Origin: Thermodesulfobacteriota bacterium | Lineage (GTDB): Bacteria > Desulfobacterota_D > UBA1144 > Nemesobacterales > UBA2774 | Assembly: GCA_965223335.1 (NCBI GenBank) | Contig: OZ244991.1 | Location: 1,216,001-1,280,000, forward strand | DNA: 64,000 bases | Direction of reading: 5' to 3' | Shown here: positions 27,980-37,956 of the stretch, piece by piece | Layout of the letters: each line of letters opens with the position of its first letter | How positions within the stretch are numbered: the first letter of the stretch is position 1 | Notes under the pieces: generated by a model | The model's database searches: none | What the model was told of the DNA's origin: nothing | What the model saw: the letters and a program-made list of their open reading frames with translations, nothing else | Made by a program: the position numbers and the translations under genes

Positions 27980-28684
27980 CTATCCCCTCTTGGTTGAATT
28001 TAGTATTAATCTAGCCATCTCCATATCGTCTTTGGTTGTGATTTTTATGTTAAAAGGTGAGCCCTCTATAATTTCAATATCTGCACCAATACGCTCTGCG
28101 AGTTGTGCCTCGTCGGTGCCCACAAAACCGTCGTCAGCCGCCCTTGCAAATGCCTCTCGGATGACATCGTATTTAAAGGCCTGGGGGGTCTGGGCATACC
28201 AAAGCCCCTCGCGTTCCACTGTGTGCTCGATTCTTGAATTCTCGGGAGGGGTTTGTTTAATCGTATCGCTGGCGGCAATTGCTGTGATAGCCCCGTCGTG
28301 CTTAACGGCTTGTTCGATCACGCTGTTTATCATCTCTGTACTCACAAACGGCCGTACACCGTCGTGTACCAATACAATATCGGGGGTTTCGCGTAGCGAT
28401 TTTATGCCTTTTGCCACCGAGTCCTGTCGGGTCTCGCCCCCTACCACCACACCCGAGACCTTTGATAGTTCTTCATTGCGTATGATTGTATGGGTGCTTT
28501 CTGTGCTGTCGCGGGGGACTGTGATCACAATCTCTTTTATATACTCACACTGGGAGAGTGTCTCCACGGAGTATAAAAAGAGCGGTTTAGCGCCGAGGTA
28601 CTCGAACTGCTTCTGTGTAGTCTTATCGAACCGGGTACCGGAGCCGGCAGCAGTGATTACGGCGCTTACGGTAATATTATCCAC
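27980..28684 (-). CDS. ispD: 2-C-methyl-D-erythritol 4-phosphate cytidylyltransferase
   Basis: AAGSG.RF....KQF, GG.TRQ.SV, VHDG.RP, QTPQ.F, TDEA and NIKIT..DD. Confidence 0.96.
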   Translation of the reverse strand: MDNITVSAVITAAGSGTRFDKTTQKQFEYLGAKPLFLYSVETLSQCEYIKEIVITVPRDSTESTHTIIRNEELSKVSGVVVGGETRQDSVAKGIKSLRETPDIVLVHDGVRPFVSTEMINSVIEQAVKHDGAITAIAASDTIKQTPPENSRIEHTVEREGLWYAQTPQAFKYDVIREAFARAADDGFVGTDEAQLAERIGADIEIIEGSPFNIKITTKDDMEMARLILNSTKRG

Positions 28685-29690
28685 GAAGGTCAGAGACCAT
28701 GCCTTTGGTGTTTGAGTCTTTAACCTTAGAGAATATCATACGGCCCGTAGGAGTCTGGAGCACGCTTGTGACCGACACGTCTATCACATCACCCAGGTGT
28801 CGCTTGGCGTCGTCCACAACCACCATCGTACCGTCCTCTAGGTAACCTATACCCTGGTTTTGCTCTTTACCCTCTTTGACAACATGGATGCGCATGGTCT
28901 CGCCCGGGAGCACTACGGGCTTAAGCGCATTTGAGAGTTGATTTAGGTTCATGACCTTTACACTCTCGAGCCCTGCGACTTTGTTTAGGTTAAAGTCGTT
29001 TGTGATGATCACACCCTTTAGTTTTTTGGCGAGCTCTACTAGTTTTAGGTCGGCCTCTTTAATATTGGGGAAATCGTGGTTTGTGATTTTGACAGATACG
29101 TTGGGGATCTCTTTCTGCATGCGTTTTAGTACATCTAACCCCCTGCGCCCCCTAACCCTTTTAATCGGTTCTGAGGAGTCGGCAATGTGCTGAAGCTCCT
29201 TTATGATGAACTTGGGGATTATCATAGGGCCGTTTATAAAGCCTACCTCCGCAACGTCTGCAATCCTGCCGTCTATTATTACACTTGTGTCCAAGATCTT
29301 GGTCTCTACTTGGGTTTTGGGCTGAAATTTTCTGCCCGTGTGCTCGGCTCTTTTTCCCTTTGTGATCCCTATGGCAAGGCCCATGTGTATGAGGACCAAA
29401 AATATGGCACCGTAGAGATACGGGAGCACCGTATCGGGGATGCTGAGTTTAGAAATAAGTGTGACGGACGCAATAAAAAGTATAGAGGCTGCAGCTACAC
29501 CCAATGCAGCACCCACCATGGATTTTTGTGAAAATGATTTTGCCAGAAACTCCCCGGCCCACACAAGTCCTACTACCAGAGCACCGAAAACAAGCGCCAG
29601 AGCTGCTGCGATTACCAAGTTTGTGTTGGGGAATGAAATCCAAAAACCGGCTATTACACCGATAACAAAAAATAAAATTTTAAGCTTCAT
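28677..29690 (-). CDS. Membrane PIN/TRAM domain protein (YacL-like)
   Basis: Four TMs, ILDTSVIIDGRI, RGRRGLD.L, TNDFNLNKVA and GYLEDGTMVVV..TSVLQT..GRMIF; overlaps ispD. Confidence 0.93.
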   Translation of the reverse strand: MKLKILFFVIGVIAGFWISFPNTNLVIAAALALVFGALVVGLVWAGEFLAKSFSQKSMVGAALGVAAASILFIASVTLISKLSIPDTVLPYLYGAIFLVLIHMGLAIGITKGKRAEHTGRKFQPKTQVETKILDTSVIIDGRIADVAEVGFINGPMIIPKFIIKELQHIADSSEPIKRVRGRRGLDVLKRMQKEIPNVSVKITNHDFPNIKEADLKLVELAKKLKGVIITNDFNLNKVAGLESVKVMNLNQLSNALKPVVLPGETMRIHVVKEGKEQNQGIGYLEDGTMVVVDDAKRHLGDVIDVSVTSVLQTPTGRMIFSKVKDSNTKGMVSDLRG

Positions 29691-29895
29691 TTCTTCCTCA
29701 CCTCTTTCCCTACCCCTCTTGCACGTCTATTAGTCAGGCTAAACAAATAGGATATAAAAACCACGCTCCCTAACACGCTAATATCCTTATTACTACTTAT
29801 AGTGTAAACAGTACTGTAACTAACTCAAATCATGTAATAAGTAATGCACACTGCTAACTAATTACAGCAAGAACAGTAGAGAAATATATTATGGT

Positions 29896-30432
29896 TTATG
29901 TATTACTGTTATTTACAATATCAATTATGTTTACGATCTCTTCCACCACTCTAATATACTTGCTCCTACCATGCCCGGGAGGTTTTGCACGGCCGTCTAC
30001 ACCTACGTCGCTTATAGTCTCGCCAGTGGTCTGGTCCACGAGTGTAACCCAAACCTGTATCGATCCCTTACCCTTATCTTTAAACCCCCTGTAAGCCATC
30101 TCGCAGTATTTACAACCGCGTGTATAACCAGTTACGGTCCCGTTTACGAGCAGTGTTCTGCCGTCGTAGTAGCCGTTTTGGCTCTCGGTACGGCTGATTA
30201 CCTTGAAGTTATTGCTCTTTTGCAGCTCCTCGGCAATCATATTGGCTATCTCTTCCCCCGAGTCTAGGGGTAGCCATTCCAGGTCGCTCATTCTAAAGTC
30301 GGGAACTACCACAACGTCATAACTAGCATAATTGGCATCGGGAGCTTTATGATAATTCACCGTAGACGGTGCACAACCGGCTGCGAAAACAATTGCAAAT
30401 ATTAATGTAAGTGAATTAAAACGAGATAACAT
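29896..30432 (-). CDS. Lipoprotein, unknown function (DUF4410-like)
   Basis: Lipobox AAGC, pattern L.V.G.VT.Y..G...V.LVD..TGE, and an AGGAGG SD. Confidence 0.75.
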   Translation of the reverse strand: MLSRFNSLTLIFAIVFAAGCAPSTVNYHKAPDANYASYDVVVVPDFRMSDLEWLPLDSGEEIANMIAEELQKSNNFKVISRTESQNGYYDGRTLLVNGTVTGYTRGCKYCEMAYRGFKDKGKGSIQVWVTLVDQTTGETISDVGVDGRAKPPGHGRSKYIRVVEEIVNIIDIVNNSNT

Positions 30433-30629
30433 GAAAAACCTCCTGTAAAGATACCAACTGTTATATTGTATACGAATTTACAATTAGTGAAAGGGTGTGG
30501 GTGCTGTATATGGAAATAAATAGCGGTTATTCTATTTACTTCCACACAGATTCCTGTGATATTGTTGACAAGAGGACTGTGTATATAGAATATTACTATT
30601 CCCAAACGATTCCTTAACAAAACCCTCGT

Positions 30630-31382
30630 ATGAGAGTATGCACATTAGCAAGCGGGAGTTCAGGCAACTCCCTGTATATAGAGACCGGGAATACGAAATT
30701 ACTTGTAGACGCCGGGATAAGTCTTAGGCAGATAAGGCTTAGGCTCGCTATACTCGGAGTCGGGGTCGAGGAACTTGACGCTGTGGTGATTACACACGAG
30801 CACACCGATCACACCACTGCCATTAAAAACCTTAGAGTACCTGTATATGTAGCGGAGGCTACAGAGCATTTATGGCAGGGCGCTGTACAGAGTCTAAGGA
30901 GCTTTGCAAGCGACTCGGCGTTTAGTATAAAAGAGGCTTTAATCACGCCGTTTTCGGTGCCTCACGATGCACTGGACCCTGTGGGGTTTACAGTAGAGTG
31001 CGGCGGCCAAAAAGTAGGTATAGCAACTGATATCGGAACCGATACGGCACTTGTGCGCGAGAGGTTAACGGGTGTGAATATACTCGTGTTGGAGTTTAAT
31101 CACGATAAAGAGATAATCCCCCAAAGCCCTTACCCATGGGAGCTAAAACAGAGGATACAAAGCAGGTTGGGTCACCTGTCTAACCAGCAGGCCTCTGAGC
31201 TCTTGGGCAGTCTGATGCACACCGGTTTGCGACATGTGGTGTTGGCACACTTAAGCGAGGTAAACAACACTCCCGAGGCTGCGTATAGTGCAGCTTTGTC
31301 AAAGGTGGAGAAAAACGGTGGGGTAAATACAACCATAACCCTTGCCCCGCGAAAACAGATAGGGGAGGTACTCGAGATTTGA
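30630..31382 (+). CDS. MBL-fold metallo-hydrolase (YycJ/WalJ-like)
   Basis: LASGSSGNS, THEH.DH, HDA.DP.GF, E.NHD, GHLSN and LAHLS..NN.P. Confidence 0.9.
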   Translation: MRVCTLASGSSGNSLYIETGNTKLLVDAGISLRQIRLRLAILGVGVEELDAVVITHEHTDHTTAIKNLRVPVYVAEATEHLWQGAVQSLRSFASDSAFSIKEALITPFSVPHDALDPVGFTVECGGQKVGIATDIGTDTALVRERLTGVNILVLEFNHDKEIIPQSPYPWELKQRIQSRLGHLSNQQASELLGSLMHTGLRHVVLAHLSEVNNTPEAAYSAALSKVEKNGGVNTTITLAPRKQIGEVLEI

Positions 31383-32677
31383 TTCCCAGATACTCAAGAC
31401 CCGAGATGGTAGCCATATGGACCGATGAGAGTAAGTACGCAAACTGGCTTAAGGTAGAGCTGGCGGTTGCTGAGGCGTGGTCTAAAAATGGTCAGATCCC
31501 TGCCGATGCACTTGGCGTGATCAAAGAAAAGGCCTCTTTTGATGTAGAGCGCATAAACGAACTCGAGCGCGAGCTAAAGCACGATGTGATTGCGTTTTTG
31601 ACCTCTGTTGCGGAATTTATAGGCCCTGAGTCAAGGTTCGTACACCTGGGACTCACTTCATCGGATGTGCTCGACACCGCACTGGCACTCCAGCTAAGGG
31701 ACGCCGGGGCTATCTTGGTTGCGGATATCGAAGTGGTATTAGAGACCCTAAAAGAAAAAGCGTACAAATACAAAGACACACCTATGATAGGGCGTACTCA
31801 CGGTATTCATGCCGAGCCCAAAACACTCGGGCTTGTGTTTGCGCTATGGTACGACGAGATGAAGAGGAACCTGGGGCGTATGCAGAGCGCCGTGGATGTT
31901 ATTAGTGTGGGTAAGATCTCGGGTGCAGTGGGTACTTTTGCCAATGTGCCCCCGCACATAGAGGCTGAGGCATGCGGGCTGCTCGGACTTAAACCGGCTA
32001 CCATATCGACACAAATCATCCAGCGCGATATACACGCGGAGTACTTCCAGACACTATCTCTCATAGCGTCTACTATAGACAAGATTGCCGTGGAGATAAG
32101 ACACTTTCAGAGGACCGAGGTACTTGAGATGGAGGAGCCGTTTACCTCGGGCCAAAAGGGTTCATCTGCAATGCCGCATAAGCGGAACCCTGTATTGTCG
32201 GAGAACCTGTGCGGTCTAGCCAGGATGGTGAGGTCTTATTCCATTGCAGCACTCGAGAACATCCCGCTTTGGCACGAGCGCGATATTAGCCACTCGTCGG
32301 TAGAGAGGGTCATAGGACCCGATGCGACTGTACTCTTGGATTTTATGCTTGCCAGATTGAACACCCTTTTAAGCGGGTTGGTGGTATACCCTGAAAATCT
32401 AGATAAGAACATATGGCTCACACGGGGGCTTGTGTTCTCTCAGAAGGTGCTGCTGAAACTAATCTCCAAAGGGCTTACTAGAGAAGAGGCTTACAGGCTT
32501 GTACAAGAGACAGCTATGGAGAGCTGGGAGACTAAAAAGGAGTTTAAGGAACTACTGCTCCATAACAAGTCCATTACCGAGCACCTAAGCCCCGAGGAGC
32601 TTGAAGGGTGCTTTGATGTTACACAGGATTTCCACCACATAGAGCATATATTCGAGAGGGTTTTTGCCGGCTCTTAG
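31379..32677 (+). CDS. purB: Adenylosuccinate lyase
   Basis: MIPRYSR, HDV.AF, GRTHG.HAEP, GSSAMPHKRNP and WHERDISHSSVER; TTG start. Confidence 0.97.
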   Translation: MIPRYSRPEMVAIWTDESKYANWLKVELAVAEAWSKNGQIPADALGVIKEKASFDVERINELERELKHDVIAFLTSVAEFIGPESRFVHLGLTSSDVLDTALALQLRDAGAILVADIEVVLETLKEKAYKYKDTPMIGRTHGIHAEPKTLGLVFALWYDEMKRNLGRMQSAVDVISVGKISGAVGTFANVPPHIEAEACGLLGLKPATISTQIIQRDIHAEYFQTLSLIASTIDKIAVEIRHFQRTEVLEMEEPFTSGQKGSSAMPHKRNPVLSENLCGLARMVRSYSIAALENIPLWHERDISHSSVERVIGPDATVLLDFMLARLNTLLSGLVVYPENLDKNIWLTRGLVFSQKVLLKLISKGLTREEAYRLVQETAMESWETKKEFKELLLHNKSITEHLSPEELEGCFDVTQDFHHIEHIFERVFAGS

Positions 32678-32783
32678 ACGCTAAATTATATAATATATTT
32701 AGTGTGATAGAGGGCATTTATTGTTGTTGATTTATAGATATTGGGTGGTATAGTTTAACCTAACAAAATTAAGGAGGCATTAC

Positions 32784-33776
32784 ATGCGTTTTAGATACTT
32801 TGGACTGGCAATACTGATGTTGTCACTGTTTGTTTTTAGCGGGATATCCTATGCGGACGAAGTTACAAGCGAAGAATCCGAAAGACTTAGTGCATTTCTG
32901 AAAAAACTGATAGGGGCCAATCTGCCCCCGGGTACAGAGATAGAGGTAGAGGGCTACACAGAGAGCCCGATAGAGGGATTTAAATCGGGAGTATTTAAAC
33001 TCGAGACTCAGAGAGGACCTGCTACGGAGCCTTTCCTTATTAGCGAGGACGGCAAATATGTGGTGTTTGGGGAGCCCCAGAGTCTGGATAACTTTAAGGA
33101 TTCTCCCGTAAAGGGATTAAAAGAGGGTGAGTTCAACAGAGGGGGCAGGGCACTGCCGGCGCTGGTTACCGAGGACGGCGAGTATATTATCCTCGGCGGC
33201 AAGCTCATGGACTCTTCCGTCGATCCTCATAAGGAGATAATGGACCAGATCTCTATGGAGGACCTGCCCATAAAAGGTGCAGCAGACGCTAAAATCACCA
33301 TAGTTGAGTATTCCGACTTCCAGTGCCCGTTCTGTAAGAAGGGTAAGGAACTTCTGCCGGATCTCCTTACGGAGTATGAGGGTAAGATAAAGATCGCTTT
33401 CAAGCAGCTGCCACTGGGTATGCATAAATGGGCTATGGGTGCTTCAGTCGCTTCTATCTGTGCGTACCAGCAGGGTAACGATAAGTTCTGGGAATTTCAC
33501 GATGCAATATTCGATAATCAGGGCACAATCAAAGAAGAGACGGCTACAGAGCAGTTTAAAGGATATGCAAAAGATTTAGGACTGGATGAGCAGAAGTTCG
33601 GTGAGTGTTTGGAATCGACCGAGGTTAAGGCGCGGGTGTTGAAGGAAGCTGCTGAGGCCCAGAGGCTCGGTATAACATCCACACCGACATTTGTTGTAAA
33701 CGGAATGGTAATCCCGGGTGCAAACCCTCAGGGCATCAAATCTGCAATCGAACAGAAACTGGCAGAAGGTTCATAA
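32784..33776 (+). CDS. Exported DsbA/DsbC/DsbG-like thioredoxin-fold protein
   Basis: Signal peptide, IVEYSDFQCPFC, GI.STPT..VNG and a duplicated N-terminal module. Confidence 0.88.
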   Translation: MRFRYFGLAILMLSLFVFSGISYADEVTSEESERLSAFLKKLIGANLPPGTEIEVEGYTESPIEGFKSGVFKLETQRGPATEPFLISEDGKYVVFGEPQSLDNFKDSPVKGLKEGEFNRGGRALPALVTEDGEYIILGGKLMDSSVDPHKEIMDQISMEDLPIKGAADAKITIVEYSDFQCPFCKKGKELLPDLLTEYEGKIKIAFKQLPLGMHKWAMGASVASICAYQQGNDKFWEFHDAIFDNQGTIKEETATEQFKGYAKDLGLDEQKFGECLESTEVKARVLKEAAEAQRLGITSTPTFVVNGMVIPGANPQGIKSAIEQKLAEGS

Positions 33777-33863
33777 ACAGTATATATTTTCTTTGAGCCT
33801 AGGGTCATTTTTCGTAACTAAACATTATAAATACAGTATGGGTGTGTGTTTTCGGGTTAATTT

Positions 33864-34871
33864 ATGCGTTGCCCTAAATGCGGGTATAACAGTTTTGATT
33901 ATTTAGAGAACTGCAAGAAATGCGGTAGAGAACTGCCCGTACCAACACGGTACCAGGGGCTCGAGACCACATTGGAGAGGGCAAAGCAAAATAACCTTGC
34001 CGCTAATGAACCTACAGAGGATATTATAGTTCCTAAAGAGACCCCTGTGGACCCTTCTGCTCATAGTGAACCCATTAAGCATGCCGAACCTCTGATTTCG
34101 GATGAGGGTATATACTATGACGACGATACGGATTTAAGTGAGTTGGGCCTTGACGATGTATCTTCGAATCCTTTTTCGGAACTGGCTCAATCCGGGACTG
34201 TTTTGGGTAATGAGATTGAAAATGACACAATTACTGCCGAAGATATACATTTGGATAGTGAAGAGTTAGAAGATCGAGCCGCTCAGGATGCCCAATTGGA
34301 TAGCAGTCCCAACCCTAAAGAGTCCTCGGATACGCCTGTTGTTGCTGATAGCGCTATTGATCCGTTTAGAGCCCCGACTGATCATGTACAGGTAACTGAT
34401 GAAACCACCCCGAAACCACAGACCCAACCTACTTTTGAGCAAGCACCAATGTTTCAGATTGCTCAGCTTCATCGCAGAGCCATAGCTATATTTATAGATG
34501 TTATGCTGGTTTTGGGTCTTGTATTGGTAACCTTATACGTCGGTTTTTATTTCCTGCCCGACTATACCTTGAATCTTTTTAGGATAGATTTGCTCTTTAT
34601 AACACTATACGGGCTCCTATTGTTCCTGGCGTCTACATACTTTGTGTTTATGCATGGAGTGGGCGGTAAAACAATCGGTAAGATGGTCATGGGTATATGG
34701 GTCATTAACAGTGACGGGGGGGAGCTTGGGTTTGGGGACGCTTTTTTGCGGTGGGTAGGTTACTATGTGTCGGCTGTGTTTTTGTTCATGGGTTTTATAT
34801 GGTCAATGTTTGATGCCGACTCGCAGACGTGGCACGACAAGATGGTAGGTACATATGTGGTTAGAGGATAG
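33864..34871 (+). CDS. RDD family protein with N-terminal zinc ribbon and acidic linker
   Basis: CPKCGY.SFD....CKKC, RRA.A..ID, G.T.GK...G and WHDK..GT.V. Confidence 0.88.
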   Translation: MRCPKCGYNSFDYLENCKKCGRELPVPTRYQGLETTLERAKQNNLAANEPTEDIIVPKETPVDPSAHSEPIKHAEPLISDEGIYYDDDTDLSELGLDDVSSNPFSELAQSGTVLGNEIENDTITAEDIHLDSEELEDRAAQDAQLDSSPNPKESSDTPVVADSAIDPFRAPTDHVQVTDETTPKPQTQPTFEQAPMFQIAQLHRRAIAIFIDVMLVLGLVLVTLYVGFYFLPDYTLNLFRIDLLFITLYGLLLFLASTYFVFMHGVGGKTIGKMVMGIWVINSDGGELGFGDAFLRWVGYYVSAVFLFMGFIWSMFDADSQTWHDKMVGTYVVRG

Positions 34872-34873
34872 AG

Positions 34874-36133
34874 ATGGAGTTAATTGAACAGATAAATAAA
34901 TGTATTAGAGAACGCAGTGCCGAGATAGAGAGCTGGTTTGAGCGAAAAGGTAAGAATCTAATTATCCCGCTCTACACATCTGTGGATCTTAGGGTCTCTA
35001 GAAATAAACTTGTGCCTGTTGATACCAATGTGTTCCCTGCGGGTTTTAATAATTTATCCCAAGAGTTTAGGGAGGCTGCGGCAAAGCTATTTCAAGGCTA
35101 TTTCGATCGTAACTACCCGAGTATTAACGATATATTGATTATCCCCGAGCTTCTAACTAGAAATAGTTTTTATTGGGAAAACATATATGTCCTGAAATCG
35201 ATATTGAAGAGTGTGGGCTACAGGGTTGATGTCGGGGTTGTGTCTAAAGAACTCGAGGCGGATAAGATCGCGTTTGAAACATCCGAGGGCAATAACGTTG
35301 TTGCCCATAAGGTGTTAAGGGACGGGTATAAGGTGCATACATCTGAATTCACCCCAGATCTCATACTTATCAACAACGATTTTTCGGAAAAGTGCCCCGA
35401 GGTACTGCACGACATCACTCAGCCCGTAGAGCCGCCTTTTGAGATCGGCTGGCATACAAGGAAAAAAGATATTCATTTCGAATTCTACAACGCGCTTGCC
35501 AAAGAGATTGCAAACATCATCAACCTCGATTCCTGGAGGATCACAATAGAGACCGAATCTATAAGCGGTGTCGATTTCGATGATCCCCGCGACCGCGAGA
35601 AGGTAGCTGAGCTCTCAGACTCTATGCTCGTCAGATTGAAAACCATATATTCGGAGTGTGGTGTAGAAGATGAGCCCTACCTCTTTGTAAAGAGCAACTC
35701 CGGCACATACGGTATGGCTGTGCACAGTATCTCTCATGGGGACGAGATAAGGAACCTGAACTCGGAGGGGCGCAAACGCATGAGGGTGACGAAGAGCGGG
35801 AACCCTGTGAGGGACGTGGTGGTGCAAGAGGGCGTACCTACATACCTCTATGATGATACAGGTGTGGCTGCGGAGCCTGTGCTCTATTTGGTGGATGCAA
35901 AGGTTGCGGGTGGGTTCCTTAGGCTAAACAAGGGTAAAAATCAGTTTGAGAACCTAAACACCAGGGGGATGGAGTTTGCACATATCCCGGGTGGTAACGG
36001 TACGGACAAAGAAAAGAGCATATTTTTGTCCCCACTCCACAGGCTTGTGGCTAGGACGGCTAGTTTGGCTGCAGGATATGAGATTGAGAAGATCCTAAAA
36101 GAGGGCGGCGGCTGTAAGGAACAGGCCTCTTAA
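34874..36133 (+). CDS. gshA: Glutamate--cysteine ligase, divergent (Acidithiobacillus/betaproteobacterial) GshA type
   Basis: P.Y.SVDLR....K..PVDTN.FPAGFNNL, LINND.S, GW..R.K..HF, FVK...GTYGM, VQEGV.T, AEPV.Y, GGF.R and NLN..G..F. Confidence 0.85.
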   Translation: MELIEQINKCIRERSAEIESWFERKGKNLIIPLYTSVDLRVSRNKLVPVDTNVFPAGFNNLSQEFREAAAKLFQGYFDRNYPSINDILIIPELLTRNSFYWENIYVLKSILKSVGYRVDVGVVSKELEADKIAFETSEGNNVVAHKVLRDGYKVHTSEFTPDLILINNDFSEKCPEVLHDITQPVEPPFEIGWHTRKKDIHFEFYNALAKEIANIINLDSWRITIETESISGVDFDDPRDREKVAELSDSMLVRLKTIYSECGVEDEPYLFVKSNSGTYGMAVHSISHGDEIRNLNSEGRKRMRVTKSGNPVRDVVVQEGVPTYLYDDTGVAAEPVLYLVDAKVAGGFLRLNKGKNQFENLNTRGMEFAHIPGGNGTDKEKSIFLSPLHRLVARTASLAAGYEIEKILKEGGGCKEQAS

Positions 36134-36237
36134 TACAATCTCCAAACAACTTTTACACAGTTACCTCGTGGAGTTGCCTTTAATACCATCAATTTATTAC
36201 ACTTCTATTGTTAGGAATTAATCTGCCCAGTTAGGTG

Positions 36238-36552
36238 CTAGTCTTCTATTAGCACATATATCTCGTCGCCATCGATACGCAGACTAAAAGTTTCTAGGTC
36301 GTCAATGGCGGGTAGACAAAGTACTGTGCCCGTATCGACCTCGAACTCAGCCGAGTGGTATGCACAGGTGATTACCTTGCCGTTTAAGGTGCCGTCAGAT
36401 AGCGGCAGTGCCTCGTGAGTGCATTCGTCTCTAAACGCGTAGTATTCTCCATCCACATTAGCTATGGCCACCATTAGGCTGCCCAGAGGGAAACCGCGAA
36501 TCTCGCCCGGGGGGATGTCTGTGGTCTTTGCAATTTTTTCGTATTCACTCAT
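36238..36552 (-). CDS. Rieske-type [2Fe-2S] ferredoxin
   Basis: CTH...LSDG and C.YH.A.F...TG. Confidence 0.92.
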   Translation of the reverse strand: MSEYEKIAKTTDIPPGEIRGFPLGSLMVAIANVDGEYYAFRDECTHEALPLSDGTLNGKVITCAYHSAEFEVDTGTVLCLPAIDDLETFSLRIDGDEIYVLIED

Positions 36553-36617
36553 TAGCTCTGCCTATGAAAAATTGTGTGTTACGGGGGTTTATCAATAGGT
36601 TATAGAATTCTATGCGT

Positions 36618-37943
36618 TTATTTTCTATTTTCAAACCACTGGTTTGTTAAATTGGTGCAGTACTCTCTTATGAGTTCCGACCTCATATTGTTTATCGTCT
36701 CATTTGTAAAGGCGTTTAGCAGTATGTCGCTTGCCTGCTCTTTGGGTAGGCCCCTGGAACGGAGGTAGAACAGGGAGTCCTCGTCCAACTGCCCTATGGT
36801 GGCGCCGTGTGTGCATTTGACGTCGTCTGCGTAAATCTCTAGCTGTGGTTTGGTATCGATCTGGGCACTGTCGGTAAGAAGCAGGTTTCGGTTGGTCTGT
36901 TTAGCGTCTGTTTTTTGGGCGTCTTTATGAACTATTATCCGTCCGTGAAATACCCCTCGTGAGCTGTCGTCGAGCACGCCGTTATAAAATTGGCGGCTGT
37001 CGGAGTGGGGACTTGCGTGTTCGACTTTCATGTAGTTGTCCATGTGCTGGCGGCCGTTGGACATATACAATCCGTTTATGAGTGAGTCCGAGCCCTCGCC
37101 TGCCAGGACAGGGTGCACGTTGTTTCTAACGAGGGCACCGCCCATAAGCAAGGTGTGCGACGAGATGTTGCTATTGCGAGCCTGCTCGATACGCAGAGTT
37201 CTTATGTTATAGGACTTTTTGCTCTCTCGCTCTAGTGTGTAGTGGTCGACTACCGAGTTCTCACCCGTGATAACCTCTGTGACTATATTGGTTAGATAGA
37301 CGTTGTCTGTGAGTGATACGTACTGTTCTATGATAGAACACTGGGAGTTTTCCTCTGCAATTATTAGGTTGCGTGGGTTTGTGATAAATGGCTTGCGGGA
37401 GTCAGTGGAGACGTAGAGTAAATGGATGGGGTCTTCGATTACTTTCCCTCTGGGCACGAATACGAGTGCGCCGTCTTCCACAAACGCTGTGTTCAGTGCG
37501 GTAAAAGCCTCGTTTGTAACGCTTGCGTAACGGGATAAGTAAGAGGCCAGGAGATCGGCATGGGACTCAAATGCACTAGATATGGGGAGTACTGTTAAGT
37601 CGGCTGTGTTCGAGAGGTCGGAAAATCCTTCGTTATACCTGCCGTTTATAAACACGAGGGTGTTTGTGTTTGAGCCGCCTATAAAGTATGTAGACAGAGT
37701 GTCTTTAGATAAACCGTTTGCGTGAGGGGTGTCGAATATGTACGAAGTCCTTGTGACAGGGGCTAGATTGGTAAACCTCCAATCTTCGTCCCCCAGTGTG
37801 GGGAACCCGGTTTTAGAGAACTCGGCAAATGCTTTTTCTCTAAGGGACTTTAACCACGAGTAGTTGCCCCCCGGTGCATTTTCTATGAATTTGGAAAACC
37901 CGAGTGTGTAGCTCTCAGGGTCGTTAGTGAATACAATACTCAT
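36618..37943 (-). CDS. sufD: Fe-S cluster assembly protein SufD
   Basis: E.WRFT.L, F.ALN.AF, AQKTDA.Q...NLLL and KPQLEIYADDVKCTHGAT. Confidence 0.95.
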   Translation of the reverse strand: MSIVFTNDPESYTLGFSKFIENAPGGNYSWLKSLREKAFAEFSKTGFPTLGDEDWRFTNLAPVTRTSYIFDTPHANGLSKDTLSTYFIGGSNTNTLVFINGRYNEGFSDLSNTADLTVLPISSAFESHADLLASYLSRYASVTNEAFTALNTAFVEDGALVFVPRGKVIEDPIHLLYVSTDSRKPFITNPRNLIIAEENSQCSIIEQYVSLTDNVYLTNIVTEVITGENSVVDHYTLERESKKSYNIRTLRIEQARNSNISSHTLLMGGALVRNNVHPVLAGEGSDSLINGLYMSNGRQHMDNYMKVEHASPHSDSRQFYNGVLDDSSRGVFHGRIIVHKDAQKTDAKQTNRNLLLTDSAQIDTKPQLEIYADDVKCTHGATIGQLDEDSLFYLRSRGLPKEQASDILLNAFTNETINNMRSELIREYCTNLTNQWFENRK

Positions 37944-37956
37944 ATATAGTTCTCCG

